From NCBI GenBank assembly GCA_037147375.1, contig JBAWVI010000008.1, positions 1 to 15,629 on the forward strand: 15,629 nucleotides of DNA. The letters are read 5' to 3'. Shown one piece after another: positions 1-6,289 of the stretch; the stretch's first letter is position 1, and the number at the start of each line of letters is the position of its first letter. The DNA is from an archaeon (GTDB lineage: Archaea > Iainarchaeota > Iainarchaeia > Iainarchaeales > CSSED10-239). The notes beneath the pieces were generated by a model. That model searched no databases. It was not told the DNA's origin and saw nothing but the letters and a program-made list of their open reading frames with translations. The position numbers and the translations under genes are program-made.

Positions 1-123
1 TGTTCCTCCAAGGGATCCTGAGATAACAACTGTATTCATCTTATATCTTCCTGCATAGATTGCAGCAGCAAGACCAGCTGGACCTCCTCCAACAATAACT
101 AAATCATAAACATTATCTTGCAT
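1..123 (-). CDS. trxB: Thioredoxin-disulfide reductase-type flavoprotein, N-terminal 41 codons only (the rest lies beyond the left edge)
   Basis: The reverse complement of 1..123 reads [41 protein letters not shown], with ATG at 121..123. [16 protein letters not shown] is the FAD dinucleotide-binding GxGxxG fold typical of TrxB-like reductases. It is missing from the ORF track because it is truncated by the window edge. Confidence 0.72.
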   Translation of the reverse strand, partial: MQDNVYDLVIVGGGPAGLAAAIYAGRYKMNTVVISGSLGGT

Positions 124-167
124 AAATACTCTACCTATTTATTTTTTGAAAAAAAAGATGTTAGATA

Positions 168-191
168 ATGCAGATATTTAAATATCTGCAT
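168..191. repeat. 24-bp perfect palindrome ATGCAGATATTTAAATATCTGCAT centred on the tfb stop codon; candidate 3' hairpin/terminator or protein-binding site
   Basis: I checked the reverse complement of 168..191 base by base and it is identical to the forward sequence. The tfb stop (TAA, complement of 178..180) sits at the centre. On the minus-strand transcript, a T8 run follows 11 nt downstream of the palindrome (complement of A8 at 149..156). The site lies 45-68 nt upstream of the trxB ATG (123). Confidence 0.5.
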
Positions 192-1086
192 CTACCTTAA
201 GCTTAAGCTTTGCTTTGAGCTCTCTGTATCTGTTTCTTATAGTTACTTCTGTTACTCCTGCAACATTAGCAACCTCTTTCTGTGTTCTTCTCTCTCCAGA
301 CATTAAAGCAGCAATGTAAACAGCAGCAGCAGCAACACCTGTTGGACCTCTACCTGAGATAAGACCAGATGTGATTGCTTTCTTAACTATTTGCTTACCC
401 TTAGCTTCAACTTCTGCTGAAAGATTAAGAACTGAAACAAATCTTGAGATATAATAGGTTGGATCTGTTAATGGAACTGAAATATCTAATTCCTTAACAA
501 TGAATCTATATGTTCTTCCAATTTCTTTCTTTGTAAGTCCTGAAGCTTCAGCCATTTCATTTAATGTTCTTGGGACATTATATGTTCTACAAACTGAATA
601 AAGAACCGCAGAAACAACAGCTTCAATTAATCTTCCTCTAATTAAACCTTTTTCAACAGTCTTTCTATAAAGAAGAGCAGCTGTTTCAATTAAAGAGTTT
701 GGAATATTTAAGTATGATGCAATTCTTCTAAGCTCAGTTAAAGCAATTGATAGATTTCTTTGCATAGAGTTTGAAATTGATGATCTCTTATGCCATTTAA
801 TTAATCTATACATTTGTGCTCTTGACTTAGTTGAAAGCTTGTTACCTCTTAAGTCTCTTCCACTTCTTTCAATCATTGTTTCAAGACCCTTATTGATCTT
901 TGTATACTTCATTGGTGAACCAGTACCAACGTTTTCTTGCTTGTCTGAGTTTTCAAAAGATCTCCAATCTTTACCCATATCAATTTGATCATCTGACATA
1001 ACCACATGACATTTCTTACAAACGTACTCACCAGTTCTTGGATCTCTTTGTACGTTCTCTGAACCACATTCTGGACACTTAACCAT
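178..1086 (-). CDS. tfb: Transcription initiation factor B (TFB/TFIIB)
   Basis: It has an N-terminal Zn-ribbon (CPECGS...CKKC), two cyclin-like repeats and a C-terminal HTH-like GVTEVTIRNRYRELK. The ORF track starts at 1131, but MVKCPECG (ATG, complement of 1084..1086) is the family-typical start. GAGGTG lies 6 nt upstream, and a TATA-like element sits inside the supposed 15-codon extension. Confidence 0.93.
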   Translation of the reverse strand: MVKCPECGSENVQRDPRTGEYVCKKCHVVMSDDQIDMGKDWRSFENSDKQENVGTGSPMKYTKINKGLETMIERSGRDLRGNKLSTKSRAQMYRLIKWHKRSSISNSMQRNLSIALTELRRIASYLNIPNSLIETAALLYRKTVEKGLIRGRLIEAVVSAVLYSVCRTYNVPRTLNEMAEASGLTKKEIGRTYRFIVKELDISVPLTDPTYYISRFVSVLNLSAEVEAKGKQIVKKAITSGLISGRGPTGVAAAAVYIAALMSGERRTQKEVANVAGVTEVTIRNRYRELKAKLKLKVDADI

Positions 1087-1108
1087 TGATAACACCTCGA
1101 GTTTTTTA

Positions 1109-1120
1109 GATATAAATAAA
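1109..1120 (-). promoter_or_regulatory. Candidate TATA box for tfb (minus strand TTTATTTATATC)
   Basis: The reverse complement of 1109..1120 is TTTATTTATATC. The TTTATATC core is centred about 26 nt upstream of ATG 1086. That spacing would give a leaderless or very short-leader tfb mRNA. Confidence 0.4.
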
Positions 1121-1360
1121 TCTAGAATCATTTACTTTGAATCTAAATAAAAATATTAAAATAATTTAAAATTAACCATACAGTTTAAAACAAAACTACT
1201 TAATCCTCTTTATAGTATCTATTCATGTTTTTACAAAAAAAGCAAAAGCTATATAAATACTATAGTTTTTCAAGTATATAAAGGTTTTGGTAATGTAGTT
1301 ATGTAGTAGATACCTTTGAATTAGGGAATGCTTAAAAAGATAACTTTGTAGGATATTATT

Positions 1361-1636
1361 ATGAAAAAAATATACTTTATTGGAACAGTTATTATAATAG
1401 CAATAATATTGATTTGGTTTTTCTTCCCAAAACAAAGTGGTTTTGAGGTTGGTGGCCCATTAAGTCTTAATTCAAATATAACCTATAAAAATACTTATTG
1501 TAATTGTATTGGATTTACTTATGAACCACTTATGGTGGATGCACAAGAAGTAACATGTTATGGGTTAGTAATAAATTGTAAAGATGAATGTCACAACATA
1601 GTTAATGGAGAAAATAATATCATACCTTGTGAATAG
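1361..1636 (+). CDS. Small membrane-anchored or secreted cysteine-rich protein (hypothetical, 91 aa)
   Basis: The N-terminus (MKKIYFIGTVIIIAIILIWFFF) is a hydrophobic signal/anchor, followed by about 65 aa with six Cys (C47, C49, C66, C73, C77, C90). AGGA lies about 9 nt upstream of the ATG. I recognise no family. Confidence 0.45.
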   Translation: MKKIYFIGTVIIIAIILIWFFFPKQSGFEVGGPLSLNSNITYKNTYCNCIGFTYEPLMVDAQEVTCYGLVINCKDECHNIVNGENNIIPCE

Positions 1637-1648
1637 ATATAAATCTAT

Positions 1649-2107
1649 TTATTTCTCAAATCTATCCCAAGGAAAGGCTACCCATTTACCTACTTCTTCT
1701 TGATAATAATCAGGATAAAACATACAATTCTTCTTATTCACAAAGATAGTTGCACACTTAACTTCTTTTGCAAAATATTCTTCTTTGAATAATTTAGTAA
1801 TATATTTTATTGTTGCTCCACTATCAAGTATATCATCTACAATTAGAACATTCTTGTCTTTAAATAATTTTTTATCAGGAAGATTAACAACTTTTATTTC
1901 CTTTCTTGTTTTTCCATCATAAGAACAAACAGAAATACTTACAAGATTTTTAGTATTAAGAAGTCTTGCAAAATGAATTGCAGGAAATAAACCACCAACA
2001 GAAACTCCAACAATATAATCAACTTTGTATTTTGATTTATTTATTTTCTTACAAATGCTTGCACATTTGTCTTCAATAGACTTGTATGTGAATTTTATTG
2101 GTATCAT
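1649..2107 (-). CDS. gpt: Purine phosphoribosyltransferase, Gpt (xanthine-guanine PRTase)-like
   Basis: It carries the type I PRTase PRPP loop VLIVDDILDSGAT. The overall 152-aa layout parallels E. coli Gpt: IVGVSVGGLFPA.., SISVCSYDG..KEIKV, and C-terminal W.AFPWD. The ORF-track start (2122) is a TTG. The ATG at 2107 (MIPIKF) is preceded by GGAGGAAAGG, which makes a better start. Confidence 0.78.
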   Translation of the reverse strand: MIPIKFTYKSIEDKCASICKKINKSKYKVDYIVGVSVGGLFPAIHFARLLNTKNLVSISVCSYDGKTRKEIKVVNLPDKKLFKDKNVLIVDDILDSGATIKYITKLFKEEYFAKEVKCATIFVNKKNCMFYPDYYQEEVGKWVAFPWDRFEK

Positions 2108-2129
2108 ACGCCTTTCCTCCAAAATAGTT

Positions 2130-3593
2130 CTATGAAATTATGCTTTCAATTTTCTTATAACTAACATTACTAGATGTAAAGGTTGGTCTTAATAATAATC
2201 TTAATGGATCTCTGTTAGGATAACGTATAACTGCATCATTATCAGTTATCATAGTAATTGTAACATCAGTTAACTTACCATTTACAAAATCACTACTATT
2301 TTTTGAGGATAAAAGAATACAAATTCTTGGATTTGCATGTATCTTATCAATAATATCTCTACCTATAAATAAATTATTAAAAATATCTGATGATTCAGGA
2401 AGAACTAATAAAATATCATCCTTAACTAAAAGAGATAAATCATTAATTATTTGAGAAACAAAATAAGGATAGATAGGATCATTTGAATCTACTGAAAATA
2501 ACTTAACAGATCCTATATGTTTATATCTTTGCTCAAATAATATAGAAAGATTAGTTTCTCCAAATCTATTTTCATATCTTTTATCAAGTAAGATAAGCTT
2601 AGATAATAATCTTTGTTTTTCAAAATCACTAAATTCTTCATCAATATCTTGTGCAATTACTTTCTTTCTTAAATCATCAATAGTCACTAGATTAGAAGTA
2701 AATATTTTAGCTAAGATTTTCTGTTCTAAAGGAGAAAGTTTAAATAAATTAATAAATGCATTTAACGGAATTGATCCAAGTGGAATCTTAATTTCAGATG
2801 TTTCAATTTGCTTAACTGGAAATCCAAATGGATCCATTCTAAGCTCATAATCAGAAAGTATTTTAATATCTGATTGTGGATATGCTAAAGTAAGAAATGT
2901 TTTAGTTGGATCTAAAATAATTACTGTTTTTGAAGATAAAAGATAATTTTCACAAACAAGCTTAAGCGCATATATTCTTTCATCAAAATTCCCACCAATA
3001 ATAGTTACTGATTTTTGTAAATCCATAGATGTAGTTACAAGAATATCATTCTTTTTACCCATCACAAGCTTATCAAGACTTGTTGTTCTTGAAAAATCAA
3101 GAGATGCTGGAAGATTAGTTAAAACCTTAACAACTCCAGGATCTGCAAAGAAATAATTACGAGAATCTTCAGATGCAAGCTTAAGTGAAGTTAGTTTAAT
3201 GTTATATGATTTAACTATAGAAATTACAGAACTAACTCTTTTATTTAGTTCTTGCATTTTATTATCAACATAGAAAGAAAGCGTATTTAATTCAACGTAC
3301 TCTGTTTCTGTATTTAAAAATAAATATTTGAATGTATTATTTTCTCCAATATTAAAGTGCTTTTCATAAAGTATACTTGGATATGGAAGAGTTGAGTTAA
3401 ATATTTCTACATCTCCTTGAGCTTGAAATACCTTATACACCTGAACAAGAGCACTTGATTGATCTCTTAATTTTAAAAAAGAAACAAATATATCATCTAA
3501 GTAAAGTATAGTGTATTCAGAGCTTCCATACTTACCTTCATATAATGTATTCCATGTATTTAATGAGATCATAAACTTTTCCTTAAATTTCAA
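2130..3593 (-). CDS. Hypothetical 487-aa protein; the layout resembles a HerA/FtsK-type P-loop NTPase core with substituted Walker A/B residues
   Basis: It is a long uninterrupted ORF in AT-rich DNA, ending 22 nt upstream of the gpt ATG on the same strand. KSVTIIGGNFDERIYALKLVCENYLLSSKTVIILDPTKTF (aa 194-233) lines up with the HerA/DUF87 pattern hhIhG.tGSGKS....l...ll....hhIhDP.gEY, but has GGNFDERI where GxxGSGKS is expected. DDILLVLPES (aa 392-401) sits where the hhhhDEAH Walker B is expected. The family assignment is from recall only. Confidence 0.7.
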   Translation of the reverse strand: MKFKEKFMISLNTWNTLYEGKYGSSEYTILYLDDIFVSFLKLRDQSSALVQVYKVFQAQGDVEIFNSTLPYPSILYEKHFNIGENNTFKYLFLNTETEYVELNTLSFYVDNKMQELNKRVSSVISIVKSYNIKLTSLKLASEDSRNYFFADPGVVKVLTNLPASLDFSRTTSLDKLVMGKKNDILVTTSMDLQKSVTIIGGNFDERIYALKLVCENYLLSSKTVIILDPTKTFLTLAYPQSDIKILSDYELRMDPFGFPVKQIETSEIKIPLGSIPLNAFINLFKLSPLEQKILAKIFTSNLVTIDDLRKKVIAQDIDEEFSDFEKQRLLSKLILLDKRYENRFGETNLSILFEQRYKHIGSVKLFSVDSNDPIYPYFVSQIINDLSLLVKDDILLVLPESSDIFNNLFIGRDIIDKIHANPRICILLSSKNSSDFVNGKLTDVTITMITDNDAVIRYPNRDPLRLLLRPTFTSSNVSYKKIESIIS

Positions 3594-3709
3594 TTATTAA
3601 TCATAATAATAGGTATTATATAGTATATTCCAATCTATATTTAAAACAAAACATTTTTAATAATTAACATCTTATGTTTATATTAGATTTATGAGGTAAA
3701 TGATTAATA

Positions 3710-4378
3710 ATGGTTGATAAAAAAATAATTATTGAAACAATCACTGAGTTACTTGATGCAAATGTTGATAAGGAAACTATTTATTCAACATTACAAGATA
3801 TAGAGGTTGATCAAGGAGATATTGAAGCATGCTACAATGAAGTAGTAAACTCTAAGAAAAATCCAACTCCACAAGCAACTCAAGCGCCTATAATCAAAAG
3901 TTCAGATACAATTGTTTCATCACCTGTAATAGACACATCAACAACAATTACAGAAGTGCCACAGAAAACTAAAGAAGAAGTAGAACCTATTTTAGAAACT
4001 ATGTCTCCAGTCATAGAAAAAAAAGTGGAGAAAGCAAAAACAGATAAACTTAATTACGTTGATATAAATAATATTTCTAATAGTAATGCATCAAATAAAC
4101 ATGAAGAAGAACTTAAAGATACAACTATTGAAGTAAATGATATTAATAACAAGCATGAAGTTGCAATCGCAAAAGAAGAGTTTGCAAAATCAATGACTCC
4201 ATTAAATGCAACTGAACCAATTTCTTCAATAGATATGACTGATGATAATAAAATAATTGCAAAGCAAATAAGTGAGCTTGAAACTAAAATTGATGATATA
4301 AAAGCAGAGCTTACTGGACTTACAAAGATAATGAAAGATATCTTAGAAGAAAATAGAAATATTTTAAATAAATTTTAA
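3710..4378 (+). CDS. Hypothetical acidic protein with a low-complexity linker and a C-terminal coiled coil (222 aa)
   Basis: The ATG at 3710 is preceded by GAGGT (about 15 nt upstream) and a TATA-like GTTTATATTA about 25-35 nt upstream. A small N-terminal helical region is followed by a T/S/P/E/K-rich stretch and a heptad-like C-terminus (IIAKQISELETKIDDIKAELTGLTKIMKDILEENRNIL). I recognise no family. Confidence 0.62.
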   Translation: MVDKKIIIETITELLDANVDKETIYSTLQDIEVDQGDIEACYNEVVNSKKNPTPQATQAPIIKSSDTIVSSPVIDTSTTITEVPQKTKEEVEPILETMSPVIEKKVEKAKTDKLNYVDINNISNSNASNKHEEELKDTTIEVNDINNKHEVAIAKEEFAKSMTPLNATEPISSIDMTDDNKIIAKQISELETKIDDIKAELTGLTKIMKDILEENRNILNKF

Positions 4379-4854
4379 TCAACAAGATATCCATAATTCT
4401 TTTTATTAATACTTCTAATTAATGAAAACAATATTCCTTTTCTTGCATCTTCTGAAACTGTAGTATCAAACATTTCAGAGACTATGTTATTTATATCATT
4501 AAGTTCTAATTTTGGATTTCCTGTTGCAATTAAGATAGACCTAACTACTTCTGGAGTATTTAGTTCAGGAAATTTCTTTAAAACATAAGGTGCAAGCTTT
4601 CCAGTTGTGTATAATAATTGATTATTTTGTTTATATAATAATATTTGTTTAATGCATTCTGAACCTTTAATAAATTCTGTTGGGTGTTCTTTTGCAATTG
4701 GTGATTCTTTAAGTTTATTATAAATTCTAATTTTTTCTATTTTTATAATTCCTTTATGATGAATGATTTTATCTTTTTTATCTCTAAGTTCTTGTACAAG
4801 CTTACGCATTTTTGGATGCTTTTTTGGTTTGTTAATAATATTTATTTTAGCCAT
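4375..4854 (-). CDS. Hypothetical basic protein (159 aa)
   Basis: The ATG directly abuts the stop of the upstream 105-aa ORF (TAA ATG). The upstream ORF's last codons, GGAGGAGGGAGAGAG, form a strong SD-like tract. The N-terminus is Lys-rich. I recognise no family. Confidence 0.62.
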   Translation of the reverse strand: MAKINIINKPKKHPKMRKLVQELRDKKDKIIHHKGIIKIEKIRIYNKLKESPIAKEHPTEFIKGSECIKQILLYKQNNQLLYTTGKLAPYVLKKFPELNTPEVVRSILIATGNPKLELNDINNIVSEMFDTTVSEDARKGILFSLIRSINKKNYGYLVD

Positions 4855-5172
4855 TTACTCTCTCCCTCCTCCAAATAACTTTGAGAAATCAGAAAAGTCT
4901 GGTTCTTCTTCTTTTGGTTGTCTTTTAATAAATATATTTGAAATTAATATAACTGCAAGTAAAATTATTGTGATTAGATAACCTGAACCTGCTAAGGAGC
5001 CTCCACTTATTTGTACACTGAAAACAAATATACCAAGTAAGATAAGATTCCACCATGAAGGAGTCCATAAAAAATAAATTAATAAAATAAAAGCAGCAAT
5101 TAAACTGAAATTATATTGTGCGGAAATAAATAAGAGGATAATGATTACTAAAAATGAAAATGAGTCAAACAC
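4855..5172 (-). CDS. Small integral membrane protein (105 aa, about 3 TM) with an acidic C-terminal tail
   Basis: It has a GTG start (complement of 5170..5172) with AAGGAG 12 nt upstream. Three hydrophobic segments are followed by KRQPKEEEPDFSDFSKLFGGGRE. It fits exactly between its neighbours. The caveat is that T-rich DNA readily gives hydrophobic pseudo-ORFs. Confidence 0.5.
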   Translation of the reverse strand: MFDSFSFLVIIILLFISAQYNFSLIAAFILLIYFLWTPSWWNLILLGIFVFSVQISGGSLAGSGYLITIILLAVILISNIFIKRQPKEEEPDFSDFSKLFGGGRE

Positions 5173-5189
5173 AATCCATCATTTCTCCT

Positions 5190-5453
5190 TTAAATCTTAA
5201 CATTATCCTTAAGCCATTTCTTAACATCAGAACTATATATCCACCAAATTATAATGAATATTGCAACAAGCCAAACAAGTTCCATAAACTTAATGAAAAT
5301 CAAGTAAACTAAAAGAATTGTAATTATTACTGCAAATGTTTTGTTTGCAACCTGTCCTTTTGACCAAGTATAGATTGCAAGAGCAAAAACTATTAATAGA
5401 ACTATCCAAATAGTTTGCTCAAGCGAATTTGCAAGTAAAAATCCTAAATCCAT
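5190..5453 (-). CDS. Small integral membrane protein (87 aa, about 3 TM)
   Basis: The ATG is preceded by GAGGT with about 9 nt spacing. There are three hydrophobic helices and a basic C-terminal tail. It starts 26 nt downstream of the rpl15e stop on the same strand. Confidence 0.55.
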   Translation of the reverse strand: MDLGFLLANSLEQTIWIVLLIVFALAIYTWSKGQVANKTFAVIITILLVYLIFIKFMELVWLVAIFIIIWWIYSSDVKKWLKDNVKI

Positions 5454-5479
5454 TTTAGTTTAACCTCTTTTAAAATTAC

Positions 5480-6088
5480 TTACTTTCCTTTTCTTAAGTT
5501 TGCTCTATTTGATGGTCCATTCTTTTCATGACCAGTTCCTTTCTTCGTAAGTCCTCTATTTCTTCTTCCTGCAGAAGTAAGTCCTCTAAAAGCTCTTCCT
5601 CTATGCTTTTCAGAACAAATCCAATTAATGTCTTTGTCATTAATTATTGCTGGATGATTTGGATCAACCATTATAACTTCAAAGTACTTTTGTTGCCCAT
5701 CTTCTCCAACATAATATGAATTTAATACTTCAAGACCTGGAAACTTTCTATCAGCCTTTTGTTCTCCCATTCTTTGAATTGAGATTCTTCTAGTTAACTT
5801 ATTAACACCCATTCTCTTTGGATCTCTTCCAGCTGTTGGTCTTTTCATTATTCCAGAACCCTTTCTAACCTTAACAAAAACAATTACGAAACCTTGCTTT
5901 GCTTTATAACCAAGTTCTCTTGCTCTTATTGGGTTTGTTGGTCTTTCCATTCTAATAATTGAACCATCCATATGTCTGAATTTAATAAGTTTATCGAAAT
6001 AAACCTTCTTATAATCATAATTTGCATCTTTCTTTTTATTATATTCATTTTGGATTGTTTGCATAATATATCTTGTTGCTGTTGTCAT
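5480..6088 (-). CDS. rpl15e: 50S ribosomal protein L15e
   Basis: Family-defining blocks are present: RARELGYKAKQGFVIVFVKVRKG, LEVLNSYYVGEDGQQKYFEVIMVDPNHPAI and RGLTSAGRRNRGL. GGTG lies upstream of the ATG. Confidence 0.95.
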   Translation of the reverse strand: MTTATRYIMQTIQNEYNKKKDANYDYKKVYFDKLIKFRHMDGSIIRMERPTNPIRARELGYKAKQGFVIVFVKVRKGSGIMKRPTAGRDPKRMGVNKLTRRISIQRMGEQKADRKFPGLEVLNSYYVGEDGQQKYFEVIMVDPNHPAIINDKDINWICSEKHRGRAFRGLTSAGRRNRGLTKKGTGHEKNGPSNRANLRKGK

Positions 6089-6205
6089 AAAATCACACCA
6101 TTTTTATTTATTATCTAATACACTTCTATATATAAGATAAATAAAGAAACAAATTAAAAAGAGTTATTTAATTAACTAGTTTCATTATCATATATAATTT
6201 ATAAA

Positions 6206-6221
6206 GCGAAAGGTTTATATA
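6206..6221 (+). promoter_or_regulatory. Candidate BRE + TATA box (GCGAAAGG TTTATATA) for the thiS-like/ttuA transcription unit
   Basis: TTTATATA (6214..6221) is close to the archaeal TATA consensus TTTAWATA, and a purine-rich BRE-like stretch sits immediately upstream. The predicted TSS is around 6243-6248, about 45 nt before ATG 6290. Confidence 0.45.
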
Positions 6222-6235
6222 TAATTAGTTTAGAT

Positions 6236-6252
6236 AAGCTTAATTTAAGCTT
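6236..6252. promoter_or_regulatory. 17-bp palindrome AAGCTTAA-T-TTAAGCTT overlapping the predicted TSS; candidate operator
   Basis: These are perfect 8-bp inverted arms with a 1-nt spacer (verified base by base). The site begins 15 nt downstream of the TATA-like box at 6214..6221. Confidence 0.35.
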
Positions 6253-6289
6253 CTTTTAAAGAAACACTTATGATTTCGATTGATTTGAC

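Noticed and set aside
199-210. Apparent excess of AAGCTT / AAGCTTAAG motifs, seen for example at 199-210, about 2959, about 3178 and 6236-6252; considered as a dispersed regulatory or restriction-related motif
   Set aside because: Most copies lie in coding sequence, where they spell Lys-Leu(-Lys) on either strand (AAG CTT is self-complementary). Lys and Leu are abundant here, so codon-pair usage explains it. Only the intergenic 6236..6252 dyad is kept as a finding.
1293-1308. Tandem 8-mer ATGTAGTT-ATGTAGTA flanked by GGTA...TACC, downstream of a TATATAAA element in the 1132..1360 spacer
   Set aside because: There are only two imperfect copies and the flanking dyad is just 4 bp. That is within chance expectation for AT-rich spacer DNA, and it has no clear relation to a gene start.
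1223-1435. 70-aa minus-strand ORF in the tfb/small-ORF spacer
   Set aside because: It is a low-complexity Y/N/F/I-rich translation of AT-rich promoter DNA. It overlaps the start of the plus-strand ORF, has no SD, and is typical of a chance ORF.
2108-2122. Five-codon N-terminal extension of gpt (MEERR)
   Set aside because: The extension starts with TTG and is itself the GGAGGAAAGG ribosome-binding site for the ATG at 2107.
4763-4981. 72-aa plus-strand ORF overlapping the junction of the 159-aa and 105-aa minus-strand genes
   Set aside because: It is an antisense shadow of two better-supported, translationally coupled genes, and its translation is hydrophobic junk.
5528-5719. 63-aa plus-strand ORF inside rpl15e
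   Set aside because: It is a Ser-rich antisense shadow of a confidently identified ribosomal protein gene.
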